From IMG/VR virus record IMGVR_UViG_3300042934_000110, positions 1 to 43,089 of that record: 43,089 bases of DNA; one strand, given 5' to 3'. Numbering within the stretch: position 1 is the stretch's first letter; the number at the start of each line of letters is the position of its first letter. Source of the DNA: a virus. Below, one piece after another: positions 30,823 to 39,832 of the stretch. Below the pieces are notes generated by a model that did no database searches, was not told the origin of the DNA, and was given only the letters and a program-made list of their open reading frames with translations. The position numbers were made by a program, and so were the translations under genes.

Positions 30823-31811
30823 GTAAGCAAAGCCCCATCCGTTCGCAATTCACGGATGACCAAATCCGGGCAGCTTACGAGCTGTCGCCCGGAGAGTTCA
30901 AGAAGATTGCCCGGCGCCTGGAGTACGCTGGTAATGGGCGGGACCTCGTGTCCCGCCAGCTGGCGCGGGCTTGGTGTGTTGAGCTGGGCCTACATGAGCC
31001 GAAACCTCACAAGGTCAAGGCAGTGGAACCCACCGGCCCACGCGTCCTGCTGATCGACATCGAGACGGCGCCAGTGATGGCGTACGTCTGGAGCCTGTGG
31101 AAGCAGAACGTCGGGTTAAACCAGATTGCACGGGAGTGGAACATCCTGTCGTTCTGCGCCAAGTGGCTGGGCGAGCCCGAGATTATCTACCACGACATCC
31201 GGGACACCCCGCACGACGACTCCTCGCTCATGCAACCCCTCTGGGACTTGTTGAACGAGGCGGATATCGTTATCGGCCAGAACGGCAAGCGCTTCGATAT
31301 GCCGAAGATCCAGGCGCGCTTGGTGATGGCGGGTTTCCGTCCGCCACGTCCCTACAAGGTTATCGACACTTTGTTGATGGCGCGCCAGCAGTTCATGTTC
31401 ACCAGCAACAAGCTGGAGTGGATGACCGGCGAGACTTCTGGCCTTACCGAGATTCAGAAGTCCAAGCATGCCAAGTTTCCCGGCTTTATGTTGTGGGCCG
31501 AGTGCATGAAAGGTAACCCCGAAGCCTGGGACGAGATGAAGGAGTACAACATCCCGGACGTTACGTCCATGGAAGAGTTGTATTTGAAACTTCGGCCTTG
31601 GTATGTCGGGCACCCTAACGTAGCGGTGTACAAGGATAGTGATGCGATGGCCTGTCCTAAGTGCGGGTCTCACGACCTGGAACAAGACGGTTTCAGCTTC
31701 ACACAGTCCGGTAAGTACGAGCTGTACTTGTGCAATGGTTGCCATGGCTGGAGCCGAGGCCGCTACACCAAGAACAGTACCGCTGTCCGCAAAGCAACTT
31801 TGAGTAACTGA
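30819..31811 (+). CDS. DEDD-type (DnaQ-like) 3'-5' exonuclease with C-terminal zinc ribbon
   Basis: LLIDIETAP (Exo I), GQNGKRFDMPKI (Exo II), YNIPDVTSMEELY (Exo III-like). C-terminal CPKCGS...CNGCHG. Confidence 0.7.
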   Translation: MSKQSPIRSQFTDDQIRAAYELSPGEFKKIARRLEYAGNGRDLVSRQLARAWCVELGLHEPKPHKVKAVEPTGPRVLLIDIETAPVMAYVWSLWKQNVGLNQIAREWNILSFCAKWLGEPEIIYHDIRDTPHDDSSLMQPLWDLLNEADIVIGQNGKRFDMPKIQARLVMAGFRPPRPYKVIDTLLMARQQFMFTSNKLEWMTGETSGLTEIQKSKHAKFPGFMLWAECMKGNPEAWDEMKEYNIPDVTSMEELYLKLRPWYVGHPNVAVYKDSDAMACPKCGSHDLEQDGFSFTQSGKYELYLCNGCHGWSRGRYTKNSTAVRKATLSN

Positions 31812-31812
31812 C

Positions 31813-32367
31813 ATGGCAAGATTTGCGAAGTTTACGCCGGGGTCCAAACAAGATAAGTACCTGATGGTGGAGTTTACACCGCAGCTTACGGACACTGTGC
31901 GTATGAACATGGCAGGGCCATGTTATTACCGCGAGGGGTTCTGGTATGTCCCATTCGGGCTTGGTGTGCCAGCCGACCAGGGTATTGTGTGGGACGGCCC
32001 GGCAACAGGGTACCCCGACGGTAACCCAAAGTCGGCACAGGGCGCCAAGAAGTACAGCCTTCGGTACTTACCGCTGTCTGCGGCAATCGAAGTTAACCGG
32101 GCGCTAGAGGACGGCGCCAAGAAGTACGGCGCTGCGAACTGGCGCGAGAAAGGTGTTGCGGCAAGTGTGTACGTTGACGCGTGCAAGCGACACCTCGACC
32201 TGTACTTCGACTGTAAGCAAGACAACGCCAGCGACAGCGGTGTACACAACCTGGGCCACGCTATGGCCTGTCTCGCAATCATCATCGACGCTGAGAAGGC
32301 GGGCACGTTGACCGACGACCGCCCGTTCCCGTTCCCCGACGGTGACAAGCTCCTGATGCGGGGTTGA
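31813..32367 (+). CDS. All-alpha MazG-like nucleotide pyrophosphohydrolase (dATP/dGTP diphosphohydrolase N-terminal-domain-like)
   Basis: KKYSLRYLPLSAAIEVNRALEDGAKKYGAANWRE...ACKRHLDLY...DSGVHNLGHAMACLAIIID resembles the phage MazZ/DUF5664-type family as I recall it. Confidence 0.5.
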   Translation: MARFAKFTPGSKQDKYLMVEFTPQLTDTVRMNMAGPCYYREGFWYVPFGLGVPADQGIVWDGPATGYPDGNPKSAQGAKKYSLRYLPLSAAIEVNRALEDGAKKYGAANWREKGVAASVYVDACKRHLDLYFDCKQDNASDSGVHNLGHAMACLAIIIDAEKAGTLTDDRPFPFPDGDKLLMRG

Positions 32368-32368
32368 T

Positions 32369-32638
32369 ATGTTCGCAGCCTTAACAGTGTTCGCCGCAGC
32401 CTACGCCGCAGTATTACTGTTAAGGCTGCAATCCAAACTAATGCGCGATGATAAGTGGGTGCCCTGCTTCTTTGTAAGTTGGATGATCATGTTCGCGCAG
32501 ACCGCAGGAACTTACGCAATCGCCCATAACACGCTACCAATAGGTTGGTTCCTTTGGTGGTGTGGTTGGGGCGGTTCTCTTGGGATTGTTTCGTCCCACT
32601 TTATTTATGCTTGGTACGACAAAAGGTTTAAGAAATGA
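32369..32638 (+). CDS. Small membrane protein (89 aa, ~3 TM segments)
   Basis: Three hydrophobic stretches, and lower GC than its neighbours. Confidence 0.6.
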   Translation: MFAALTVFAAAYAAVLLLRLQSKLMRDDKWVPCFFVSWMIMFAQTAGTYAIAHNTLPIGWFLWWCGWGGSLGIVSSHFIYAWYDKRFKK

Positions 32639-32820
32639 ATGCGCGTAAAGTATACCGCTCCCCGTACAACACGCTCTCCAACGATATGCAGGCGTGTATC
32701 GACACCGGCAACCATGCCGAAGCTAAGTTGGTGTTAAAGCAGGCGCAGGAAGCGCTCGAAGCCAACGATATCACCTTGCAGCAAATGGGCGACATCCAAT
32801 CGGACTTTAACACGCTCTAA
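32635..32820 (+). CDS. Hypothetical protein (61 aa)
   Basis: ATGA overlap with the upstream gene. Confidence 0.55.
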   Translation: MNARKVYRSPYNTLSNDMQACIDTGNHAEAKLVLKQAQEALEANDITLQQMGDIQSDFNTL

Positions 32821-32828
32821 GGTGTACA

Positions 32829-35273
32829 GTGGACTTGATCGCAGAGCAGCACCGTATGGAAGTAGCGGCAGACGATGCCGCCGCAACTCAAGCCATCCGC
32901 GACCACGCGGAGATAATCGCAAAGGGGGATATCGACAAGTTACCACGCGGTAAAGCCCTCATCGGGCGTATGTTCTCCGACGTGCAGAAGAGTATCGAGG
33001 CGGAGCAAGCGAAAGTTATTCGTGGCGTGGGTGGCAAAGTACGTGGCTGGTTGCGCAAGATACCCTCCGACGTTGCTGCGGTTATTGCACTACGTTGCAC
33101 CATGACGTACATCCTGCAATCAACCATGCGGCACAAGGAAGCATCCCCGGCCACAATGCAACGTATCTCCGTTGGTATCGGTCGGGCCTGGGTGTCCGAG
33201 ATTCAAGTCCGTCAAGCCGAGGCAGTTAGCCCGGCGTACTACGATGCTGCGATGAAGTCCCTAAGCCGGGCGAATATCAGCAGCCCTATGCACATCCGCA
33301 AGACCCTGGCGCGAGTGGTAAAGAACGTTCTCGACGGGCAGTACGACGCCGAGCTATCTGATACTGACCTGCTGCACCTGGGGAAGCATGGCCTACAGGC
33401 ATGCATGGACGCGGGTTTGGTAGAGGTATCCCGCACCACGAGTACCCGTGGGCACTTGGTGCAGTACGTTATCCCGGACAACATCATGGCATTCCTCTCC
33501 GACTCCAAGGAGATGCAACGCATGGTGACGCCGCAGGATTGCATCATGATCGTGCCCCCAATCGCCTGGGAGGCGACTACAGGCGGTGGGTACCTGACGG
33601 AGCGTAGGCAGTTGAAGTTCCCGCTACTGCAAACTAAGCGCCGGGTTCGTAGGCACATGCAGAAGGCGTACCGAAAGCGCTGTAGCCGCGACGAGATGCC
33701 CCAGGTGTACGAGTACGCAAACTACCTCCAGAGCATCCCGTACCGCATGAACCCTGATGTGTATGCCCATGTGCGCCGAGTGTGGGATGCTGGCGGCGGG
33801 GCGCTCAAGATGGTGACGCAGAACCCACCACCTAAGCCGGAGTTCCCTTTACCTGAGAAGTGGGCAAAGGCCAACGGTACGGAAGCAGAGCTTGAGCTGT
33901 TCCGCTCTTGGAAGCGCCGGACAACGAACTGGCACGAGGAGCGTCTTAAACACAAGTCGTTGGTGTGGGAAATGGGTTCCTTTGTCAAGAACGTGAAGCG
34001 GTACAGCGAGCATGACGCGTACTTCCCTGTGTTCCTCGACGGCAGGGGCCGCCTGTACTACCGTGGCACGCCGAACCCGCAAGGGTCAGACGCTGCCAAG
34101 GCCGTTATCCAGTTCGCCCGTAAGAGGCCCCTAGGGGCGCGTGGGGTGTATTGGCTGCGGGTGCATATCGCGAACTGCTTCGGGTTCGATAAGGTGAAGT
34201 TCGACCAGCGCGCAGCCTGGACTATGGAGCACTGGGATGAGCTGGTGACCGGGCTGGAGTGCCCCGAACACTCCGCCCTGTACCAACAGGCGGATAGCCC
34301 GTTCTGCGCCATAGCGGCGGCTATGGAGCTTCACAGCGCCTTCCGTAGCGGCAACCCCGAGACGTTCCGCTCCGGCCTACCCGTGCACATGGATGCAACC
34401 TGTTCCGGTCTACAACACTTCTCCGCGATGCTGCGAGACGAGGTCGGTGGGGCTTTCGTGAACCTCACAGCAGGCGGGGCGCAGAAGGCCGACATTTACC
34501 GCAGGGTGGCGGAGCTGGCCGCCTTACAGGTCCAGCGGGACGCGGCAGGCGGTAACGAGTACGCCCAGCACTGGTTGGACATCGGCGTCTCTCGCGACAT
34601 GGCGAAAAGTCCGGTGATGACATATGTGTACGGCGCCACCCTCACGTCCGTTACTGACGGTATCGAGGGCAAGCTTGACGAGCTAGGGTGGAAGCTTCCA
34701 GGGGTCAGTACGGCGAAGATGGCAGGGTATATGGCTAAGCTCATGTTCCGCGCTATCGAGGACACTGTACCAGCAGCAGCAGCCGCTATGCGGTACCTAC
34801 GCGGCTTGGCGCGACAGATGGACCGCAAGGCACCTATACAGTGGTCCACCCCCATAGGAATGTACGTCAATCATGACTACCCCGACGAGGAAATGGTCCG
34901 GGTAGCCGTGCGCTCGTGCGGTATCTCCCTGGCGGTTATGTATCAGCAGCTCGAAACCACCAAAGCACTACGCATGCAGAATGCTATAGCCCCGAACTTT
35001 GTGCACAGCCTTGACGGTGCACACCTGGGGTTCACCGCACTGCGTATGCAGGCCCTGGGTTTGGAGATGGTCTGTATCCACGACAGCTTTGGTACGCACC
35101 CTTGTGACGTGGACGAGATGCACAGGCAAATCCGGGAGGCATTCATCCACCTGTACACCTGCAAGGACCACCTTAACGACCTAGCGGAGCAGCTAGGGTT
35201 AGATGTTACATACAGTGGTAAGGGTAGCTTGGACCTCGCTAGCGTGAGAGATTCAGAGTTCTTTTTCTGCTGA
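32829..35273 (+). CDS. Single-subunit DNA-directed RNA polymerase (T7-like)
   Basis: 814 aa with HMDATCSGLQHFSAM, PNFVHSLDGAHL and IHDSFGT catalytic motifs and an aromatic C-terminus (EFFFC). GTG start with AAGGTG RBS. Confidence 0.93.
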   Translation: MDLIAEQHRMEVAADDAAATQAIRDHAEIIAKGDIDKLPRGKALIGRMFSDVQKSIEAEQAKVIRGVGGKVRGWLRKIPSDVAAVIALRCTMTYILQSTMRHKEASPATMQRISVGIGRAWVSEIQVRQAEAVSPAYYDAAMKSLSRANISSPMHIRKTLARVVKNVLDGQYDAELSDTDLLHLGKHGLQACMDAGLVEVSRTTSTRGHLVQYVIPDNIMAFLSDSKEMQRMVTPQDCIMIVPPIAWEATTGGGYLTERRQLKFPLLQTKRRVRRHMQKAYRKRCSRDEMPQVYEYANYLQSIPYRMNPDVYAHVRRVWDAGGGALKMVTQNPPPKPEFPLPEKWAKANGTEAELELFRSWKRRTTNWHEERLKHKSLVWEMGSFVKNVKRYSEHDAYFPVFLDGRGRLYYRGTPNPQGSDAAKAVIQFARKRPLGARGVYWLRVHIANCFGFDKVKFDQRAAWTMEHWDELVTGLECPEHSALYQQADSPFCAIAAAMELHSAFRSGNPETFRSGLPVHMDATCSGLQHFSAMLRDEVGGAFVNLTAGGAQKADIYRRVAELAALQVQRDAAGGNEYAQHWLDIGVSRDMAKSPVMTYVYGATLTSVTDGIEGKLDELGWKLPGVSTAKMAGYMAKLMFRAIEDTVPAAAAAMRYLRGLARQMDRKAPIQWSTPIGMYVNHDYPDEEMVRVAVRSCGISLAVMYQQLETTKALRMQNAIAPNFVHSLDGAHLGFTALRMQALGLEMVCIHDSFGTHPCDVDEMHRQIREAFIHLYTCKDHLNDLAEQLGLDVTYSGKGSLDLASVRDSEFFFC
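35202..35223 (+). promoter_or_regulatory. Candidate phage-RNAP promoter, copy inside the 3' end of the RNAP gene (GATGTTACATACAGTGGTAAGG)
   Basis: Exact repeat of the ATGTTACATACAGTGGTAAG 20-mer at 5339-5358. Confidence 0.5.
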
Positions 35274-35275
35274 TC

Positions 35276-35299
35276 CTAATGTTACATACAGTGGAAAGG
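35276..35299 (+). promoter_or_regulatory. Candidate phage-RNAP promoter, intergenic copy just downstream of the RNAP gene (CTAATGTTACATACAGTGGAAAGG)
   Basis: Lies in the only gap between the RNAP and the late genes. A TAAT...ACA.T.GG.A layout loosely parallels the T7 class III promoter. A strong purine-rich RBS and a GTG start follow. Confidence 0.55.
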
Positions 35300-35309
35300 A
35301 GAGGGAAGG

Positions 35310-35513
35310 GTGAAGAAAGATAACAGTAATCCTATACCTACATTCTCAGAAGAACAATATAGATACCTTGTAAGCTCATTCCCCGCAATGGTTATACAAC
35401 ACACACATACCTTATCTGAGGTAATGCTAGGTGCTGGGGAGCAACGGGTACTGGAGCTGGTTCGCAAGAACATAGGCTACACGAAACCCAGGCGCTTACG
35501 TGATGAGGCTTGA
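35310..35513 (+). CDS. Hypothetical protein (67 aa) in an AT-rich island
   Basis: GTG start with GGAGAGGGAAGG upstream. Visibly AT-rich compared with the rest of the genome. Confidence 0.55.
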   Translation: MKKDNSNPIPTFSEEQYRYLVSSFPAMVIQHTHTLSEVMLGAGEQRVLELVRKNIGYTKPRRLRDEA

Positions 35514-35922
35514 CGTTTTATCGCTGGACGAAGGCGACCCCACCAACGTCGTGCAACTACTCCCCCAAGCCCTAGTGGAAACACCCGAGCTTGGGTGGGG
35601 TGGCTCTTTTGACGAGGTTGCGGCGAGGGTTCGCCGGGAGACCGAGCAACACACTCGCGTCGAACTGGTGGCGTATCAAGATGGGCACTTAGTCGGCTGT
35701 GCAGTCCTCGTACCTGATGAGGATATGCACGTAGGTCGCAACCTAAGTGTTATGTGGAACTATGTACTTACCGACCATCGGGGCTTGATAGGCCGTGAGT
35801 TCATGCGGCTAGCGGTACGTATCGCCAAGCAATGGGGTTTCCCTGTGCTGACGTACACACACCGCTTAGGCGTCGGGAAGTACGCAATCACTTACAGGCG
35901 GTTGCATGGGCAAGAAAGTTAA
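35503..35922 (+). CDS. GNAT-family N-acetyltransferase-like protein (139 aa; GTG 35500 is an alternative start)
   Basis: VAYQDGHLVGCAVLV ... NYVLTDHRGLIGREFMRLAVRIAKQWG resembles GNAT motifs A/B (beta4-alpha3 with an R-G-x-x-G-type acetyl-CoA loop). It overlaps the upstream small gene by 11-14 nt. Confidence 0.55.
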   Translation: MRLDVLSLDEGDPTNVVQLLPQALVETPELGWGGSFDEVAARVRRETEQHTRVELVAYQDGHLVGCAVLVPDEDMHVGRNLSVMWNYVLTDHRGLIGREFMRLAVRIAKQWGFPVLTYTHRLGVGKYAITYRRLHGQES

Positions 35923-36268
35923 GAAGCTCGTGAACAAGGTAAAGAAGTTCACCGAGAAGATGGACCCACTCGGCGCAGGGTTGTTGAACCCGTACGCTGA
36001 CGGGCTGTCTGATCAGTTCCTTGGTACGGATAACTCCGGTGCCAAGGCCGCAGCCCGAGAGGCAGAGCGGCAAGCCAACGAGCGACAGCAAAGCCTGTTG
36101 GCGGCGATGAACAACACGGCACAGAACGCTAACGTGGACCTGTCGCTGGACAACATCCCAGATACAGAAATCGGCGGTACGGCAACGGGTCTCGCTAATG
36201 CGCAGACCAACAAGCGCAAGAAGGCCGGGCCGGGCGGTGTAGCTGCATCATTAGGGATTAACGTCTAA
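35906..36268 (+). CDS. Small virion-associated protein upstream of portal (120 aa, Lys-rich N-terminus)
   Basis: Position equivalent to the small structural protein preceding the portal in phiKMV-like phages. TAATG overlap with the portal gene. Confidence 0.6.
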   Translation: MGKKVKKLVNKVKKFTEKMDPLGAGLLNPYADGLSDQFLGTDNSGAKAAAREAERQANERQQSLLAAMNNTAQNANVDLSLDNIPDTEIGGTATGLANAQTNKRKKAGPGGVAASLGINV

Positions 36269-37821
36269 TGAGACAGGGAAAGCCGACCGCTGTCCAACTC
36301 TGGGCGCAGTACCGAGACGAGAACGTCATTCGAAAATGCGAGCAGTTTGCGCGGTTTACTATCCCGTCTATGATGGTTGACCCGCTCCAGGCTGGACCGC
36401 AAGAAATCGAGCACGACTTCCAATCGGTTGGCGCGGTTCTATTAAACAACCTCGCATCGAAGCTGGTGTCTGCGCTGTTCCCCACAGGTGTGCCGTTCTT
36501 CAAGAACACTATCACCAAGGGGCTACAGCAAGCGGCAGCCGAGCGGAGCATCGACGACCAGCAGCTCGCGAGTATGCTCGCCCAAGTGGATCGTGATGCA
36601 GCCGAACGACTGTTCCTAAACGGAGCACTCGCTAAACTAACACGCGTGATCAAGCTCCTGGCTATTACGGGGAACGTGCTGCTATACCGCGACCCGGAGA
36701 CATCCAAGTTTGTGGTGTGGTCTATCCGCTCCTTTGTCGTCCGGCGCACTACCGCAGGCGAGTACCGTACAGTCGTATTGAAGCAGTTGTTCAAGTTCGA
36801 CGAGTTACCAGAAGCTGTACGTACCGATTTTGAAGCGAAAAACCCTGGCCGCATGAAAGCGGATTCCGAGGTGGATTACTTCACAGTCATAGAGAAACAA
36901 CCGGGCGCTGTGAATCCGCGAGTGGTGGTATGGAACGAGGTTGATGGCATCCGCGTCGGCCCAGAGTCCAGCTACCCCGAGCATTTGTCTCCTTGGATTC
37001 TCGCTACTTGGAACCTTGACGACGGGCAGCATTATGGTACTGGGCTTGTAGAAGACTTTACCGGTGACTTTGCAAAGCTCTCGTTAATTTCCGAGCAGTT
37101 AGGTTTGTATGAGCTGGAGGCGTTGTCCATCCTGAATTTGGTGGACGAGGCAGCGGGCGGGATTGTCGACGAGTACCAAGAAGCCGATACCGGCGACTAC
37201 GTACGCGGCAAGACTGCGGCCATCACATCCTACGAGCGCGGGGACTACAACAAGATCGCGGCAGTTCGTGAGTCCATTGGAGAGGTTATCCAAAGGCTGA
37301 GCCAAGCGTTCATGTATACCGGCAACACCCGGAACGCAGAACGAGTTACCGCCGAAGAGATTCGAGCGTTGGCCCGCGAGGCAGAGGCGGCACTAGGGGG
37401 CGTGTACTCGCTCTTGGCTGAATCTCTGCAAACCCCGCTGGCTTACCTCACGATGTCCGAGGTGTCCCCGGCCCTTATGCAAGGGCTGGTGAGCAAGATG
37501 TACAAGCCCAGCATTATCACCGGAACCCAGGCGCTTAGCCGGGCGGTGGCGGTGCAAAACCTCTTGGCCGCAACGCAAGAGGCGGCGGCGATTGTCCCCG
37601 CCCTGACGCAACTGGATAAACGCATCGACCCTGTGAAGCTGATGAACATGCTTTACAACGCTCGAAGCGTTGACACCACTCTCCTGTTCAAAGACCCGGA
37701 AGTCTTGGCCGCAGAGGCTAAGGCGCAAGAGGACGCAGCGGCGCAGCAGCAAGAAGCTGCAAGCGCGCTCCTGATCCAGAACGGGGCACAGGTGAGTGAA
37801 ACACTCACGCAAGTAGGATAA
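36268..37821 (+). CDS. Head-tail connector (portal) protein
   Basis: 517 aa, positioned before scaffold and capsid, with T7 gp8-like size and acidic C-terminal region. Confidence 0.88.
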   Translation: MRQGKPTAVQLWAQYRDENVIRKCEQFARFTIPSMMVDPLQAGPQEIEHDFQSVGAVLLNNLASKLVSALFPTGVPFFKNTITKGLQQAAAERSIDDQQLASMLAQVDRDAAERLFLNGALAKLTRVIKLLAITGNVLLYRDPETSKFVVWSIRSFVVRRTTAGEYRTVVLKQLFKFDELPEAVRTDFEAKNPGRMKADSEVDYFTVIEKQPGAVNPRVVVWNEVDGIRVGPESSYPEHLSPWILATWNLDDGQHYGTGLVEDFTGDFAKLSLISEQLGLYELEALSILNLVDEAAGGIVDEYQEADTGDYVRGKTAAITSYERGDYNKIAAVRESIGEVIQRLSQAFMYTGNTRNAERVTAEEIRALAREAEAALGGVYSLLAESLQTPLAYLTMSEVSPALMQGLVSKMYKPSIITGTQALSRAVAVQNLLAATQEAAAIVPALTQLDKRIDPVKLMNMLYNARSVDTTLLFKDPEVLAAEAKAQEDAAAQQQEAASALLIQNGAQVSETLTQVG

Positions 37822-37824
37822 CCC

Positions 37825-38721
37825 ATGACCGCTAACGTACAGAATCTGCCTGCCGGCCTTCAAGGCCGTGTCGCCCAAGCAACCACGACACCGGCCCCCG
37901 CGCCGTTGGTTGCCCCAATCGACCAAGGCCCCGTTACACAGCCCGCACCAGCTACAGCCCCACAGGCCGCCCCTACCGCGGAAGCACCGGTAAACCCGAT
38001 GCTCTCCCACGTATCGCAGCCAAAAGAACCAGAAGCCGCCCCGGTCGATTTGACCGGGGCACCGCCGATTGTTCCCACCCTGGAGCCTGTAAAGGTACCG
38101 GGCAACGAACCGGAGGCCGTGCAGACAGCAAGCGTTAGCGCCATGGCTGGTGAGCTGGCAAAAGACCCCAACCTCGCCCCCGCCGTGAATTACCTTGATG
38201 CGTTCTGCACAGAACACAAAGTGGACATGGCGCGGGCGTTCGGTAACGCAGCCGAGGAAGGCGATGCGCGGTTTATCGACCGGGCGTACCTCAAGGATGT
38301 GTTGGGCGACAAGGCCGACGCGGTTATCAAGACTGCTGAGGGTGTGCTGAATTACACGAACGCTTACGCGGAGCAAACCGTTAACGCCGTTATCACCTTA
38401 GCCGGTGGTGAGGCGCAATGGACTGCCGCCGGTGACGCGTTCAACAAGCACGCCCCTGCGGAAGAACGAAAGCTTATCGCCGAGATGTTGGACAGCGGTT
38501 TGCGTGAGAAGGTTACGTACGCTGCAAAGCGCATCATGGAATACGCCACGCAGGCGGGCGCCATCTCATCGCACAACGCCCCCGCAATCGGGCAACCCGG
38601 CACACAGAAAGGTCTGAGTAAGGCCGAGTACGTAGCCGCAATCAGCGAGCGCAATATCTCGCCTGAGAAATACGAACAGTTAAAGACCCTGCGCAAGCTG
38701 GGTCAATCCCAAGGTCTGTAA
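37825..38721 (+). CDS. Scaffolding protein
   Basis: 298 aa with an Ala/Pro/Glu-rich N-terminal half, lying between portal and capsid. Confidence 0.8.
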   Translation: MTANVQNLPAGLQGRVAQATTTPAPAPLVAPIDQGPVTQPAPATAPQAAPTAEAPVNPMLSHVSQPKEPEAAPVDLTGAPPIVPTLEPVKVPGNEPEAVQTASVSAMAGELAKDPNLAPAVNYLDAFCTEHKVDMARAFGNAAEEGDARFIDRAYLKDVLGDKADAVIKTAEGVLNYTNAYAEQTVNAVITLAGGEAQWTAAGDAFNKHAPAEERKLIAEMLDSGLREKVTYAAKRIMEYATQAGAISSHNAPAIGQPGTQKGLSKAEYVAAISERNISPEKYEQLKTLRKLGQSQGL

Positions 38722-38779
38722 CCGTCCCTGACCTCTGCGGAGTAAGTCAAACGGTAACCCTCCATCTTAAGGAACACAC

Positions 38780-39778
38780 ATGACTGCACTTACCAGCCTG
38801 ACCCGCCCACAATGGGGTGGCCCTAACTCCGACGTGGACATCCACATCGAAGAACACCTGGGTATCGTCGATAAGACCTTCGCGTACAGCTCCCAACTCG
38901 CGAACGTGATGAACATCCGCAACCTGCGCGGCACCAACACTGCGCGCATTGACCGTTTCGGTGACGTGAAGGTCGGTGGCCGCAAGTCCGGCGAAGCCCT
39001 GGTACAGTCGAAGGTTGTGAACGATAAGTTCAACCTGACCGTCGATACCGTGCTGTACCTGCGCCACGAGTTCGACAAGTTCGACGACTGGACCACCGAC
39101 CTGCAATACCGCAAGGAAATCGCTGAACTCGACGGCACCGCCATGGCGAAGCAGTTCGACCAAGCCTGCCTTATCCAGGCCGCCAAGTGCGCCGACTTCG
39201 TAGTACCTTCTGGCCTGGAAGGTTCGTTCAACGCGGGTATCTTGGTGCCTGTCACCGTTAGCGGCCTGCCTGCCAACGGCGAAGCAGACGCCGACCTGCT
39301 GGTACGTGCCCACCGCAAGGGCCTGGAAGCCATGATTGCCCGCGACCTGGGCGACAAGGTATACAGCGAGGCCGTTACCTACATGGACCCCGGTATCTTT
39401 ACCATCCTCTTGGAACACAAGAAGCTGATGAACGTGGAGTACCAAGCCATGGGTGGCGTGAACGACTACGCCCGCTCTCGCATCGCTGTGCTGAACGGCG
39501 TTAAGGTTGTCGAGACCCCACGCGTTGTAACTGCTGCCATCACCGACAACCCGCTGGGCTCCGCGTTCAACATGACCGCCGCCCAAGCCCGCCGCCGGAT
39601 GATTACCATCATCCCTTCTTTGACCCTCGTTACCGCGCAAGTGCATGCACTGACCGGCGACTACTGGGAAGACAAGCGGGAATTTTCTTGGGTGCTGGAC
39701 ACCTTCCAATCGTACAACATCGGCCAACGTCGCCCTGACGCTGCCTCGGTTGTCGATGTGACCGTGACCAACGCGTAA
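38780..39778 (+). CDS. Major capsid protein
   Basis: 332 aa with AAGGAA RBS and strongly biased codon usage. Followed by the only canonical intrinsic terminator. Synteny supports the call. Confidence 0.9.
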   Translation: MTALTSLTRPQWGGPNSDVDIHIEEHLGIVDKTFAYSSQLANVMNIRNLRGTNTARIDRFGDVKVGGRKSGEALVQSKVVNDKFNLTVDTVLYLRHEFDKFDDWTTDLQYRKEIAELDGTAMAKQFDQACLIQAAKCADFVVPSGLEGSFNAGILVPVTVSGLPANGEADADLLVRAHRKGLEAMIARDLGDKVYSEAVTYMDPGIFTILLEHKKLMNVEYQAMGGVNDYARSRIAVLNGVKVVETPRVVTAAITDNPLGSAFNMTAAQARRRMITIIPSLTLVTAQVHALTGDYWEDKREFSWVLDTFQSYNIGQRRPDAASVVDVTVTNA

Positions 39779-39784
39779 GACCCT

Positions 39785-39818
39785 AGCCCGTCCTCCTAAC
39801 CGAGGGCGGGCTTTTTTC
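39785..39818 (+). terminator. Rho-independent terminator after the capsid gene
   Basis: AGCCCGTCCTC-ctaacc-GAGGGCGGGCT (11-bp stem with one G-U pair) followed by TTTTTT. Confidence 0.85.
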
Positions 39819-39832
39819 GTATATGGTGACCC

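Noticed and set aside
39700-39832. Possible T7-like programmed -1 frameshift extension of the capsid gene (10A/10B)
   Set aside because: The terminator hairpin starts 7 nt after the capsid stop and the next gene starts at 39833. I saw no slippery heptamer or extended alternative frame.
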